This document shows positions 13,449-27,514 of a stretch of DNA of 64,000 bases, piece after piece. The stretch spans positions 1,302,001 through 1,366,000 of the forward strand of contig CM007991.1 in NCBI GenBank assembly GCA_002189035.1. The letters run 5' to 3'. The stretch comes from Utricularia gibba. Its lineage: Eukaryota; Plantae; Magnoliophyta. The notes under the pieces were generated by a model, which did not search any database, was not told where the DNA came from, and saw only the letters and a program-made list of their open reading frames with translations. Position numbers and translations under genes: made by a program. The stretch's first letter is position 1. Each line of letters begins with the position of its first letter.

Positions 13449-13862
13449 TTCGTTCTTCGTCTTCGTCACCGAACCTCTAACCCCAAGATTCACCACCGAC
13501 TCCTCCCGCTAGTGGATCCAGCCGCACAAGCAAGTAAGCTCATTCAGCTGCATGCGCCCAAGGCGTTTTGCTGGTAATTTAGGTCTCACCTCAAGGTAGA
13601 GTGACCGAGTACGGAATACGCCATTGACGAACCTTCATTTTTAATTTGTTTTCCACTTTTAAAAATCGAACCACCAGCGAGTAGAAAATTAAAAAGGGTG
13701 ATTAATATAGCAGTTGATATTAATTTGCATGCAAATTAATCCGAAAAAATAATTAATAATAATAATATCAAATTACCAGAAATAAAATTAAAAAAATACT
13801 CGAGAAAAACGAGTTATAATAAAAATATATTATTTCTAGCTCGCCCGGATGGAGCTTTCACT

Positions 13863-15994
<2,132 letters not shown>

Positions 15995-16479
15995 TTTTTT
16001 AACCAGTAAAATGGACAAGATTCCCTAAATCAACCCAACTGGTTCCGTCTCTGAAGTCGACGAAACCTTTCCCCTTGAAGTCGAAGAATCACACCAAGTA
16101 TCTGCAGTTCTTGGATGAATCCATACTCGAATAAACAAGAATCAAAAGAAAAATGGTAACTTTTTGAAAGGGGAATTCTACAAGAAACGAAGGCCTACCC
16201 TAGACGATTTGACAAGAAAAAACCCTGAGCATACTCTCCACAGAGAAGGATAGCCACAGGGTGACCGGCTTCCTATTCCGTCAGCGAAAACACCTCATGC
16301 GCTTTGGGAAAGATATTTTCCATTCTATATATATTTATTCATACTTTTTTTATTCAATTTGCTGAATTTTGTTCAAAGGATTCTTGAATTTACAGAGGTG
16401 CAGACACTGTAAAAAAGATGAAGATCAGCTATCGTTAGCAAAGTTTGAAGTTCATGACAGTCTCTGCATGCTGAAGGAT

Positions 16480-18327
16480 CTAAATTGTATCCAGAGTTTC
16501 TCCGTCGTCAAAAAGCATATACGCAGTCGCTGAGCTCGACCCAGCTGCAGCCGGTGACTTCTTTACATCCTGCTGCTTCATTGTCTGCCTCAAGTCTCTT
16601 ACTTCCTTGTATCTTCCACTTGCTCCATAGATGTTGGACATCAGAACATAGTTCCCACAGTGCTCTGGTTCGAGCTGAAGCACATGATTAGCAGCGATTT
16701 CAGCCAGCTCTGCATTCCCGTGTAGTGTGCAAGCATTTAGAAATGCTCTCCATACAACCTCATTGGGCGGCACATCCATACTTGAAATCAGCTTATACGC
16801 TTCTAGGAGCTGTCCTGCACGGCCAAGCATGTCGACTACACATGCGTAATGCTCGATCGATGGAACGACGCCATAACTCGGAAGCATTGCTGCTAACAGT
16901 TCCTGACCTTGGCTTACAAACCCGGCATGGCTGCAGGCTGCTAATATTCCAACGAAGGAGATTTCATCAGGCTTCAGTCCAGCAGCACACATACGGGAAA
17001 ACAGATCAAGAGCCTTGTCACCATACCCTTGCATCCCGTACCCCATTATCAGAATATTCCAGGAAGCTACATCTCTGATCCTCATGTTATCAAAAACACA
17101 TTGTGCTTCTTTCATGCGCCCGCATTTTGTGTACATATCCATAACGGAGTTGAGAAGGGAAGTTTGGCCTGCGTTGTCGAAACCTTTCCGAAAAATATAT
17201 GCATGAATCTCTCTACCCTGCATCAACGCTGACAGAGATGCACAAGCAGGAACTGCAGCAGTAATAGTTACTAAGTCTGGCTCAAACCCTGAAGCCAGCA
17301 TATCCCTCAAGAGTTTCAAAGTTGCATCATAATCACCGCATTGCTCATGAACGCTGATGATGGAGTTCCAAGAATAAATATCCTTATCAATCATGCTGTT
17401 GAAAATTGCCAATGCATCGAAAAGTTGCCTGCATTTTCCATACATGTCAATAAGAACATTAGAGACTGCAGTCATAGAATGGTATCCCAGCTTTAGAGCA
17501 AATGCATGAAGTAATTTGCCATTGTAAACTTCACCAGCTAATGCCACAGCTGACAGTACCCCTGTAACCGTGAAGTTGTTCGGAACAAGCATCATATCAG
17601 TTAACCTTCTAAACATTGTTAATGCCATGTTGATCTTACCGATCTGGACACATCCATTGATCATTGCATTCCATAGCACAATATCATCTTTCACCGGCAA
17701 CTCCTCAAAAGCTTCAAGGGCATCGTCAATCGCCTCAAGTTTTAAGTAGCAATGCACTAATGCACTCCCGATGTACATATCAAAATCCAATCCAAGTTTA
17801 AAAATTTCTCCACGGATGTTCTTCAAATCATCAATGTCCAAACAGGCTTTGATCACACAAGGGAAAGTGAACTTATCAGGAGCTACACCAGCCAGCCGCA
17901 TTTTGAAATAAACTTTCATGGCTTCATCTAGCAAACCATTAATGGTTAGACCAGCTATCATTGAGTTATAAATAAACACATTATGAATGTGGGCTGACTC
18001 ATAAAATACAGACACTGCCTCTGCGATGGAATAGCATTTGGAATACATATTGATTAGGCTAGTGGAAGAAAGAGGAGAAGAAAGGTGACCACATACAATC
18101 ATGCGAGAGTGCATCGCTCTTCCCATTGAAAGTTCACAACTTTCTGCATATGATTGAAGAGAAACAATGCAAGCTTCAAGACCGAAACCTGAGTTTCTCC
18201 TTGACATGGATTCTACTTTGCGTTTCCCCGCTGCTGGGGAAGCAAGCTTCCATGAGTGAAGATAGGTAGAGAAATACACTCGGAGGAAGATCCACAGCCG
18301 TGGATTCCTGAGCCGAGAACAGGCCAT
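16480..18327 (-). CDS. PLS-class PPR protein with E domain (organellar RNA-editing factor type, At3g14730-like); frameshift at the E-domain end
   Basis: Intronless ORF with repeated PLS motifs (LIDMYGKC, YSWNSII, PDEISFVGILAACSHAG, HYACVVDMLGRAG, LEPEHCGNYVLMSNIY). Start could be 18345 or 18327. The canonical KSPGCSWVEL appears only if one G is added at 16551-16552. Confidence 0.9.
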   Translation of the reverse strand: MACSRLRNPRLWIFLRVYFSTYLHSWKLASPAAGKRKVESMSRRNSGFGLEACIVSLQSYAESCELSMGRAMHSRMIVCGHLSSPLSSTSLINMYSKCYSIAEAVSVFYESAHIHNVFIYNSMIAGLTINGLLDEAMKVYFKMRLAGVAPDKFTFPCVIKACLDIDDLKNIRGEIFKLGLDFDMYIGSALVHCYLKLEAIDDALEAFEELPVKDDIVLWNAMINGCVQIGKINMALTMFRRLTDMMLVPNNFTVTGVLSAVALAGEVYNGKLLHAFALKLGYHSMTAVSNVLIDMYGKCRQLFDALAIFNSMIDKDIYSWNSIISVHEQCGDYDATLKLLRDMLASGFEPDLVTITAAVPACASLSALMQGREIHAYIFRKGFDNAGQTSLLNSVMDMYTKCGRMKEAQCVFDNMRIRDVASWNILIMGYGMQGYGDKALDLFSRMCAAGLKPDEISFVGILAACSHAGFVSQGQELLAAMLPSYGVVPSIEHYACVVDMLGRAGQLLEAYKLISSMDVPPNEVVWRAFLNACTLHGNAELAEIAANHVLQLEPEHCGNYVLMSNIYGASGRYKEVRDLRQTMKQQDVKKSPAAAGSSSATAYMLFDDGETLDTI

Positions 18328-18411
18328 CGTAGAAAAAGAATACATAGTGAAAGTGCAAATTGTAGGGAGAAATAGGCCAGCGGCTCCTGGAGGGGAGGAT
18401 GAGAATGGATG

Positions 18412-18881
18412 TTAGCTTCCTTCCAAAGATAGAAATCGATATTCGTTCCCATTGAGAGCATGAGCAGATGATGGTACGTGCCCAAAGTGAACAGAAAGCT
18501 TACTGCAGACATCACATTACCATGTAAGCAAAAAGGCTAGATAATCAATACAACACACAGATGTAATGAACATTGCAAAAAGACGAATATTTATGAACAT
18601 TCAAAATCACGTTTACGGTAAACCCAGATACCTAACACCGAAAAAAATCAAATCTTGAGCAACCTGTGTCGCCTGCTGGTGCACCAAGTGCTGGGAATGA
18701 GGACACTGAAGAAGGAACGTTTATCCCACATTCGAAGTTTCATGAGAAACCGCTGCGCACCCAAGTAATTGACGGATCAGCGCAGGAAGAAAGAAGCGGC
18801 CAAGCCCTTCTTAAGTAGCGCGGAGGAGAGAAAAAGGAGCAAAATTGATGCGCTGTGGGAAGATGGGAGGCGTCGCACCAT
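18412..18881 (-). other. Two-exon small ORF directly upstream of the PPR gene, with one in-frame TGA (or a 56-aa ORF from ATG 18743)
   Basis: Exon 18881-18664, GT-AG intron 18663-18503, exon 18502-18412. Reads MVRRLPSSHSASILLLFLSSALLKKGLAASFFLR*SVNYLGAQRFLMKLRMWDKRSFFSVLIPSTWCTSRRHSKLSVHFGHVPSSAHALNGNEYRFLSLEGS*. Confidence 0.45.
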
Positions 18882-19059
18882 TATTCCTCACTAATAATAA
18901 GTGGAATCGACGGCAAGAAGGGGCTGAGAGCCCGTCGCTGTCCCGGCTATGTTACCGGAAGCTCTGCGGAAGTGGTGCTACGGGAAGATGGGGGCGTCGC
19001 AAAATAGTGTAGTTTAATTATTTAAAAGGCCACAAATTGTAGATAGTTAACAGGCCAAA

Positions 19060-19860
19060 TTAGGGCTTGATACCATCCCAGAGGTTGCCGGGAAAAGTAG
19101 GAAAGGCGATTGATGAGTCTTCACCAGATTCCGAGGAATTGATTGCGATTCGTTTCCACCGCGAATGGATCCGATTTTCTAAACACCACAAAGAACTTGC
19201 AGGTATGGTCAACCATTCAGATCGATATTGATGCTAGTGGGCATTTGCTCATGATGCCATGAATCAGTACAAAGTTTGGTTTTTTCCTTGAACTAGCGCG
19301 AGCCCGATTGGCAACGTTTGTTTGGAGTTTCTCTTTGGGTCCATTAGAAGAACGATGCATTGGCTGCACAAGTTTGCTGTTGCTTAAAGTTTTGATTTTT
19401 AACTAGAAAGCCAGTCAATGGTGTATCCTGTTTGTCTTGATGTGTTCAAATTTCAGGGAGTTGGTATGTCTCTTCTGCTGCACCGCATCCCAGAAGAGCA
19501 ACACAGAATCGATGTCAACACCAACCAAATAATGAATGCCATTGAGGTGGAACCTATTGGCAGAGCCCCACGAATCAACCTTCCGGAGATGACCCAGATG
19601 AGATCGCCTCAAATAATCGACCAATTTCGCCATAGAAGAGTGCTGTTTTCAAGGTATCCCCATCCAGCATTCGACCAGAATGAAAGCGAGGGAAATATAA
19701 ACACCTATTGCACCTTCCGCCGTGTCTTGCCTACTCACAACCGAGGTGAACAATTCATTCCCTTGGCTATCAACTCAGAAAAAAGGAATGAATGCTTCTG
19801 CGCTTGCCAGTCCCTGGATAGAGCAACATGTTGAAAATGGTAAATGCTGCCAAGGCATAC
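19060..19860 (-). mobile_element. Coding-like relic between AT-rich tracts; possible degenerate TE-borne (Ulp1-like) fragment
   Basis: Higher-GC island with broken frames. FHLNGIHYLVGVDIDSVLLFWDAV loosely resembles the Ulp1 His motif carried by Mutator-like elements. No TIR or TSD seen. Confidence 0.2.
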
Positions 19861-20252
19861 GTAAAAAACCAATCAAAGAACTTGAAAATAAATGATTTTT
19901 ATCTGGTTTTAGTATATATTTGATTAAACCAGTTTTTTAAAAATAGATTTAATTCTGGTTGTAGATAGTAGACTGAATCGATTCATTATTTTTTAATTAT
20001 ATTTATTATAAAATATTCATAAATCATTTCAGATATTTTTAAATTTTTTATAAAAATGATTGAATCGTCATTTATTAATGATTTAATTTAAAATTGTTTA
20101 CAGTATCAATTTTAAAAAAAGTTAATATATTTTCACGTTGGGTTTGGTGCCAAATGTCAAGTGGTAGTTGAGTACCTTCAAACTTTCTGTTCTGGGAATC
20201 ACGAGTTTGGACTTGGATTATATTCATTTTATATTTGACCGGACGATGTGTT

Positions 20253-20262
20253 GCCACGTGGC
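20253..20262. promoter_or_regulatory. Perfect palindromic G-box GCCACGTGGC about 780 bp upstream of the CYP76A start
   Basis: Direct sequence match. A TATA-like CTATATAA lies near 20994. Confidence 0.45.
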
Positions 20263-21043
20263 CTCGTGCTCTGCATTCCACATTTTAATAATGTACATGT
20301 TATCATCTCAGGGACATGATCTCGTCGTGCACTAAATGCACCTCTGACTCATAATAAAAAAATCTCAACAAATAGACGCAAAAGGACAAGCTCCTGACTG
20401 GTGCCCATTCGGAGCCCCGGATGTCGAGATCCGGTCTGGTATGGTACTGGATGTGTGATTTAATAAAATTAAAATAATAAATTATATATTATTAGCAATC
20501 GATTAGATTTAATCGTTTTTAATATAATGCATGTTTATTATATAATTACTCATTCAAGTTCTAGATATCAGACCATTAATTTCAATAATTACCCGTAACC
20601 CACGGCACAAGCGGATCCCATCAAACGTGACACGCCTCACACGTATGGACACGATTATAATCGGACTTTTGACACGGAATGACAAAGCGTGACGCACGAT
20701 TCCTTTGTTAAGTTTGAGAATGCACCATCACAAATAATGTTATGAAATGATTAATTCAAGATAAATATTGCCCAGTCGGGGAGGTTGACAAGTCTCCCTA
20801 CCGGAGCACCTCCGCCACAAGACCCCCGCGTGCACCACGATCACTCGATCTGATTTTTTAAATACTTATTTTTTATTTCAATTTAATTTTCTAAATAATA
20901 GGAGTGTCACCCCTTTTTTCAAGTTTTGTTTAATTTAAAGTATATGGAACCTCACAGCCCATGCTACACAACATTAAATAATAAATAGGACTGCTATATA
21001 ATAGCACTCGAGTATTGGCTTAGTGCTGCTTCGTACCTAGAAG

Positions 21044-22887
21044 ATGGAACTCACTCCTCTCACCATCACCGTGTTCCTCGGAGGTCTGCTGCTCCTATTT
21101 TTCCTCCTCCGCCCTAAGAAAGCCGTCGGAAAGCGGCCGCCGGGGCCGAAGGGGGTGCCCATCTTCGGGAACCTCTTCCAGCTGGGAAGCCTGCCCCATG
21201 AAACCATGCACGAGTGGAAAAGGGCGTATGGGCCAGTTATCTGGCTCAAGCTGGGATCTGTCAACACGATGGTGGTGCAGAGCTCCGCCGCTGCCGCGGA
21301 GCTTTTTAAAAAGCACGATCTCCCCTTTGCTGATCGCAAGGTGCCGGATGTGTTGACGGCGTACGATTTCAACCAGGGGACATTGGGGATGAACCAGTTC
21401 GGGGGACACTGGAGAGTGCTCCGTAGAATCTGCTCCATGGAGTTTCTGGTGAATAAACGGATGAACGAGACGACGGAGCTCCGCCACCGGATAAGGGAAA
21501 ACATGGAGGACTGGATACTTGATGAGTCCAACTCTTCCAAGGCCACCGGAGCCTCCGGCGCAATTCAGCTCAGCCGGTTTCTCTTCTTGCTGGCGTTTAA
21601 TCTCATGGGGAATCTTATGCTCTCCAGGGATTTGCTGAACAACAAAGACCCCGAATCCAGAGACTTCTTCGACTGTATGAACAAGGTCGGTGCCGAAATT
21701 TTTCAATAGGAGTGACCTATCCTTATCTGACACGTGTACGTCGGACAGGTGCTGGAGCTCGCCGGGACTCCCAACATCGCCGATTACCTCCCGTACCTCA
21801 AGTGGATGGATCCCGCAGGAATGAAGAAGAAGATGATGCAAAACCTCTCAATCACCATGAGAATTGCTTCCAGATTCATTCAAGAAAGACATGGGGATCT
21901 TAAAGCTGGTAACCCATTTACCACCATTAACCCATTCCCTGATTTGATTTGAATTATGTTAATGACGATGCAGACAATTTTCTTTTTCCCGACAGGCAAA
22001 GTACGGGATAAGAAAGATTTTCTCGACGTGTTGTTGGAGTACAAAGGCGACGGTAAAGATGGACCGGACACGATGACGGAGAAGAACATCAACATAGTTA
22101 TCACGGTAACAATTTCATTCACCCTACAGAACAATTACCGCAGGCCTTAGTGGGATTGACTCGTGAAAGCCCAATATCAAAAACGCTCTTGGTTTTCCAG
22201 GAAATGTTCTTCGCCGGATCGGAAACGACGAGCATTACCATCGAGTGGGGTTCGCAGAGCTCCTTCGTAGCCCGGCGACGTTCAGGAAGCTGAGGGAGGA
22301 GCTGGACCGGGTGGTCGGATTGGATCGGAGGGTCGAGGAGAAGGACGTAGAGAATTTGACGTACCTTCAGGCGGTGGTGAAGGAATCCCTGCGCCTTCAC
22401 CCGGCGCTGCCCCTTCTACTGCCCAGGAACACGATGGAGGACACCGAGTATCTGGGCTACAACATCCCAAAGGGTACACAGGTAATTTCCTATCTCCCCT
22501 TCAATTATTATTATTATTTATTATTATCTAAAAAGGAGTGGGTGTGGAGAGTAGGTATTTGTGAACGCATGGTCCATTGGGCGTGACCCGGAGTATTGGG
22601 AAGACCCGCTTACATTCAAACCGGAGCGGTTCCTCAACTCTAACGTGGAATACAAGGGACAGCACTTCGAGTTGATTCCATTTGGGTCGGGTCGCCGCAT
22701 CTGCGTCGGGTTTCCGTTGGCTCACCGGGTCGTCCACCTCGCAATCGCGACGTTGGTTCATTCATTCGACTGGGAGCTCGAACCGGGCTTCAAACCGGCC
22801 GACATTGACAGAGAGGAGAGGCTCGGGTTGACCCTGAGGAAGAAGAACCCGTTGATGGTTATCCCTACCAGGCGCCTCAACGTTTGA
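21044..22887 (+). CDS. Cytochrome P450 of the CYP76A subfamily, close to iridoid oxidase CYP76A26
   Basis: Exons 21044-21685, 21749-21908, 21996-22105, 22201-22481, 22555-22887. PPGP hinge, I-helix AGSETTS, ExxR (ESLR), PERF and heme motif FGSGRRICVG. Long stretches match my recollection of CYP76A26 (AAELFKKHD, HWRVLRRICSMEFLVNKRMNETT, EERLGLTLRKKNPL). Confidence 0.9.
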
Positions 22888-23931
22888 GGGGTAGAATGGG
22901 AAATTCACTGTCATCATGCCTCTTGTTTTAATTACTCGCTATCTTACATTATGCAAACCCTCTTTGGCCTTTGTTGAATACAAAATAAAATGGATGGGAT
23001 GGGCCAAATTCATAATGATCTAATATATTTAATTTAGAAAATTAAATTCTACTTTGAAAAAAAATTAAAAGTTGATGACGTGTCCTAGATGAAATTAAAG
23101 AGGTGCTACAATGGGTTTATTTTGGGCCCAATTAAGGACTTCATCACGACCCAACTATAAAAGCCCAATCATAGTGCTCACAAGTCACAGCTTCCGCTCA
23201 AAATTTTTAAAATATTTAAAAATTTAAAATTAAACTTACCATTTCAAGTTCAAAGTCTAACTTACGAAAGTGCCCGCCGGCCCAAAGACTCCTTAGAGGG
23301 TTACAAATATCTAGAAAGACGGATGATGTGATTATGGATACTCACTTTGTATGATATATTTCGCATATTAAAGATTCATAATTTTACGTTTTTTTTTTGC
23401 TTTGAATAAAAAAAACTCGTATAAAATTACGAGAATGTTGATGTTCCCTCGTCGGTAACCTCAATCAATGTGCGATGCAGGCCGGTGGCACTTACACGGT
23501 GGGGGACTTTGGACCGGAGACCGGTGACATAAATATCTCAAGTCAGCATCGGTGCACGTACACCCACCCATGCCAAAACTGGGGTCTCCATCCGCTGTTT
23601 CTCGGCCCCTTGTTTTACTGTGCGCCCGCGGTTGCCAGCATACCCTTAAATTAAATAAATTAAATTACATTTGTGTTTTTCTTAAATAAAAAGGTGAAAA
23701 ATAATGTTTGATATATTTTTTAAAAATAAATAATACATACGCTATTATTTGGCAGTCTGGGAATTTTAGTACAGAATAAGCATATCCCTTCTAACAAAAA
23801 GAAAAGCAAATTACTTTCGAGAAGGGATGAAAAGGCAAGGCACTTTCCTCGTGTATAAATAAGCCTTCGTCGTCTCGATTCATTTTCATCTCCAGTCTTT
23901 TCCGTCTTTTACCGCCGCAAAATATTTCGCG

Positions 23932-25464
23932 ATGTCTAGCTACAGAGGAAAGTATGCTGGTAAGTTCTTAATCCAGTTCTATCGCTGTGGCTTCTGGTGG
24001 ACGATGGAGATCTGTGTATTCCTGATGATGATTTTGTTTGTATTCCTTTTTTGGTTCCGTCGATCTAGATCTGGATCTGTTCCTCATTTGATGTTATGAT
24101 GAATGTTAGATTCCGTATTTTCACTAGGGTTTTTGCGATGGTGGCATTGCTTTGGTTGAATCGTGGATATACAGGACTGCTGTGCGTTGCTAGTTGCCTG
24201 GCGGTTTTAAAATGTGGAATTTTGAAATCCTTGTGGTCATTGCTTTCCTGCTGTGGAATTTCGAAAGAGTCAGTGTTTTCCGTTTATTTGAGATAACATG
24301 AGTCGGTGTTTTTTGTAGATGAACTTGTTGCTAATGCTACGTACATCGGCACTCCTGGAAAGGGTATTCTTGCTGCTGATGAATCCACAGGAACAATTGG
24401 TAAGCGTTTATCGAGCATCAATGTCGAGAACGTGGAGTCGAACAGGAGGGCTCTGCGTGAGCTTCTTTTTACCACACCTGGTGCCCTTGAGTGCCTAAGT
24501 GGAGTGATCCTCTTTGAAGAAACTCTGTATCAGAAAACCGCTTCAGGTTTGCAAAGCCTCTCAAGTGTCTATTCATCGTTGCAATCAAATGCAGAAACAT
24601 ATTGAAAATAAAAATTTTCACCCTGGATCTATAATCTTTGCAGGCAAACCATTTGTTGATGTCATGAAGGAGGGTGGGGTTCTCCCCGGTATCAAGGTCG
24701 ACAAGGGCGTGGTCGAGCTTGCTGGTACCAACGGTGAGACCACAACACAAGGCCTCGACGGACTCGCTCAGCGCTGCCAACAATACTACGCAGCCGGTGC
24801 TCGCTTTGCCAAGTGGAGAGCAGTGTTGAAAATCGGGCCAAACGAGCCCTCACAGCTTGCTATAAACGAGAACGCCAATGGCTTGGCACGCTACGCCATC
24901 ATCTGCCAAGAGAATGGTCTGGTACCCATTGTTGAGCCAGAGATCCTCGTCGATGGCTCTCACAGCATCGACAAGTGCGCTGATGTGACGGAGCGTGTCC
25001 TCGCCGCTTGCTACAAGGCTCTCAATGATCACCACGTTCTCCTAGAGGGCACCCTCTTGAAGCCAAACATGGTCACTCCCGGCTCTGAGGCCAAGAAGGT
25101 CGCCCCGGAGATCATCGCCGAGTACACCGTTCATGCACTGCAACGAACCGTCCCGGCTGCTGTCCCCGCCGTCGTATTCCTCTCCGGAGGACAGAGCGAG
25201 GAGGAAGCTACAGTGAACCTCAACGCAATGAACAAGCTGAAAACGAAGAAACCGTGGAGCCTATCCTTCTCCTTCGGGCGCGCACTTCAGCAGAGCACAC
25301 TCAAAACATGGGCAGGGAAAGAGGAGAATGTCAACAAAGCACAGGCTGCATTCCTCACAAGGTGCAAGGCCAACTCCGAGGCCACCCTTGGAACTTATCA
25401 AGGAACCAGCGGTTTGAATGAAGCTGCATCCGAGAGCCTCCACGTCAAGGACTACAAATATTAG
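23932..25464 (+). CDS. FBA: Cytosolic fructose-bisphosphate aldolase (class I)
   Basis: Exons 23932-23959, 24319-24546, 24644-25464. [39 protein letters not shown] and SFSFGRALQ, ending KDYKY*. TATAAAT at 23854. Confidence 0.97.
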
Positions 25465-25690
25465 ATCATTGAAGGGTGGGGGAAGTGTCCTTCCCGTGTC
25501 CGATAACGTGTCATGAGTTCCAATTTCTTCTTCTTTCCTTGACGTGTCCCTGAGCTACATCTTTGGAGAACCAACCAAGTCGATTTTTATTGGCATACTT
25601 CATGATAGTTAGCAATCAAGTTATCCAAAATGGGTAATAGCAGCAGCAGTTCATTAAAATAGAGTGACAGATGAGGCATCAACAGATCCT

Positions 25691-27514
25691 CTAAACCCAT
25701 TCGTCCAGCAACAACTCTTCCCCATGGATCGCGAACTCGATCTCCCGTGCAATCTCCTCCACCATCTCCTCGTACTCATATCTCCCCCATTCATCTAAAC
25801 GCACCATCCCCTCAACCGCCTTCCAATCCGCATCCTTCCGTACTCTGCTGCACCATCCCAATCTCCCCGGCTTGCTGCATCCCAATTCGTCGGAATATCT
25901 CTTCTCTAGCTCTACTGGGTCAAGCTCAGCAAGCTTCTCAAATCTCTCAATCCTATCCAGAAGCTCCCGCTTGGCCCCTGCATGTCAGCAACTTGTGAAG
26001 CCAGAGATAGACAAGGACGTAAGGAGTAAACACAAGCAGACGGCTGAGGTGACAAGAAGACGCTGAAGTATCGCATTCAACCACGTGCGATTTGAGCAAA
26101 GCTTACAAATTGCTCCTTCTAGGCCAGGCCCCCCCTCTCCAGGCTAGTACGCCATCATCATCGTCTTGGAGATGAGATGTAGACCCCGCAATACAAATTC
26201 TCCAACCCCTAACACCTAATACCATGCAACCCAGATCTTACTGCATTAAATGTGACAAAGGGAGAGTGGCTTACTTTCCAGGTTTACGTAGGCATGGTCA
26301 CCAGGGCTTCCTTCTTCTTCTTCTTCTTCAGTCGCGTCGCTGCTTCCATGGCGATCATCCTCTAGGAAGGGAGGTTCCAATATCGATACCGGGCTGGATT
26401 GTTCTTTCCCCTCCTCCCTCGGATCCTTCTCCTCTAAACCCTGCTTTTCAAAACCATTTTAATTGTAAAAAAAATCTAACAACTAGAAACAGGAGATTGA
26501 ACGTGACTCTGAAATAAGAAAAAATGTCGATTCTACCACCCGACAACCAGTTGGCAGTTTTTCGAATAAAATAACACGAGATTCCAAGGGATAAGAATAC
26601 CGTTGGTTGATTGTAATTATTGAGTGATTATAATTAAAAAAATGTTAACAGAGAAGGACAATCATTGGGGGCGGGGGACAGAAATAATCTCCGGAGATTT
26701 GAAGAGTACAGACAGGAGAGTAATAACATGACAATTTACATGACTGGCCAAAAGACTGTTAAGCACACGACAAGAAACCGAGGGTAAATTAGACTTTTTA
26801 TTACCCAGACACACCGCAATGGCTGGCTGCCGACATTGGATTCTTTAGTTTTTTCATGTACGGAGTCTTCAGTTCACGAATGGAGCTTTAATGTTTTTTT
26901 TTTTTTAATGTTAGATGAAAATTGAGAAGATTTTTCACCCAGATTGGAAAAGTGGGGTGGGTGTGTCGTAAATGTAAAAGCTGCGGTTGTGGGGATGAAG
27001 GAGTTCAAGAAAAGACCTGTTGTAGACGGTGGACCGGGGAATTTGCGTGCGAAACAGGCTCCGGCAATGCACCGCTGCCGCTTTCAGGGGAATCCAACGA
27101 AGCCTCGGCGCCGCTCTGTCGGCGGGTGAAAGAAAATCTATCGGTTCCTGAGATTTTCCCAGCGTTGCCGCAGTGGAGGTGGCGGTTTTTCCTTTTCGCG
27201 GTCCGATTCCAGAGTTTGGTGAACAAATAAGCAACCCCCGAAGCCGAATTCGCAGTCGAAGTCTTCATCGTAGCGCTCTGTTTTTGTATTCTGACGGCGG
27301 CCTCCAGCAGCACAGCGGCCATGGCAGAAGGGACATGGAGAACCACCACCTGAGGAGGCCTTTCCGGGGACCCAACAGCGGTGGCGCCATTGTTGAAGAA
27401 AAGGGATCGCTTGTGGGCGATGAAGCTCTTGAGGCGAAACGGCTCCTGATTCTCCTCAAGAAACTGGTGCAGAAGCTGCTGCTTAGGCAGAGCCACCGAC
27501 GCCGGCACAATCAT
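25691..27514 (-). CDS. TON1-recruiting-motif (TRM/DUF4378)-like protein, At2g36420/At5g03670 type
   Basis: Three exons: LHQFLEENQEPFRLKSFI and VLLEAAVRIQKQ; KEQSSPVSILEPPF; RAKRELLDRIERFEKLAELDPVELE and C-terminal EEIAREIEFAI. The end of exon 1 is less certain. Confidence 0.72.

Noticed and set aside
21095-21841. 248-aa antisense ORF over the P450, and similar long antisense ORFs over KIPK, TRM-like and F-box genes
   Set aside because: Shadow frames expected opposite GC-rich coding sequence; no independent motifs.
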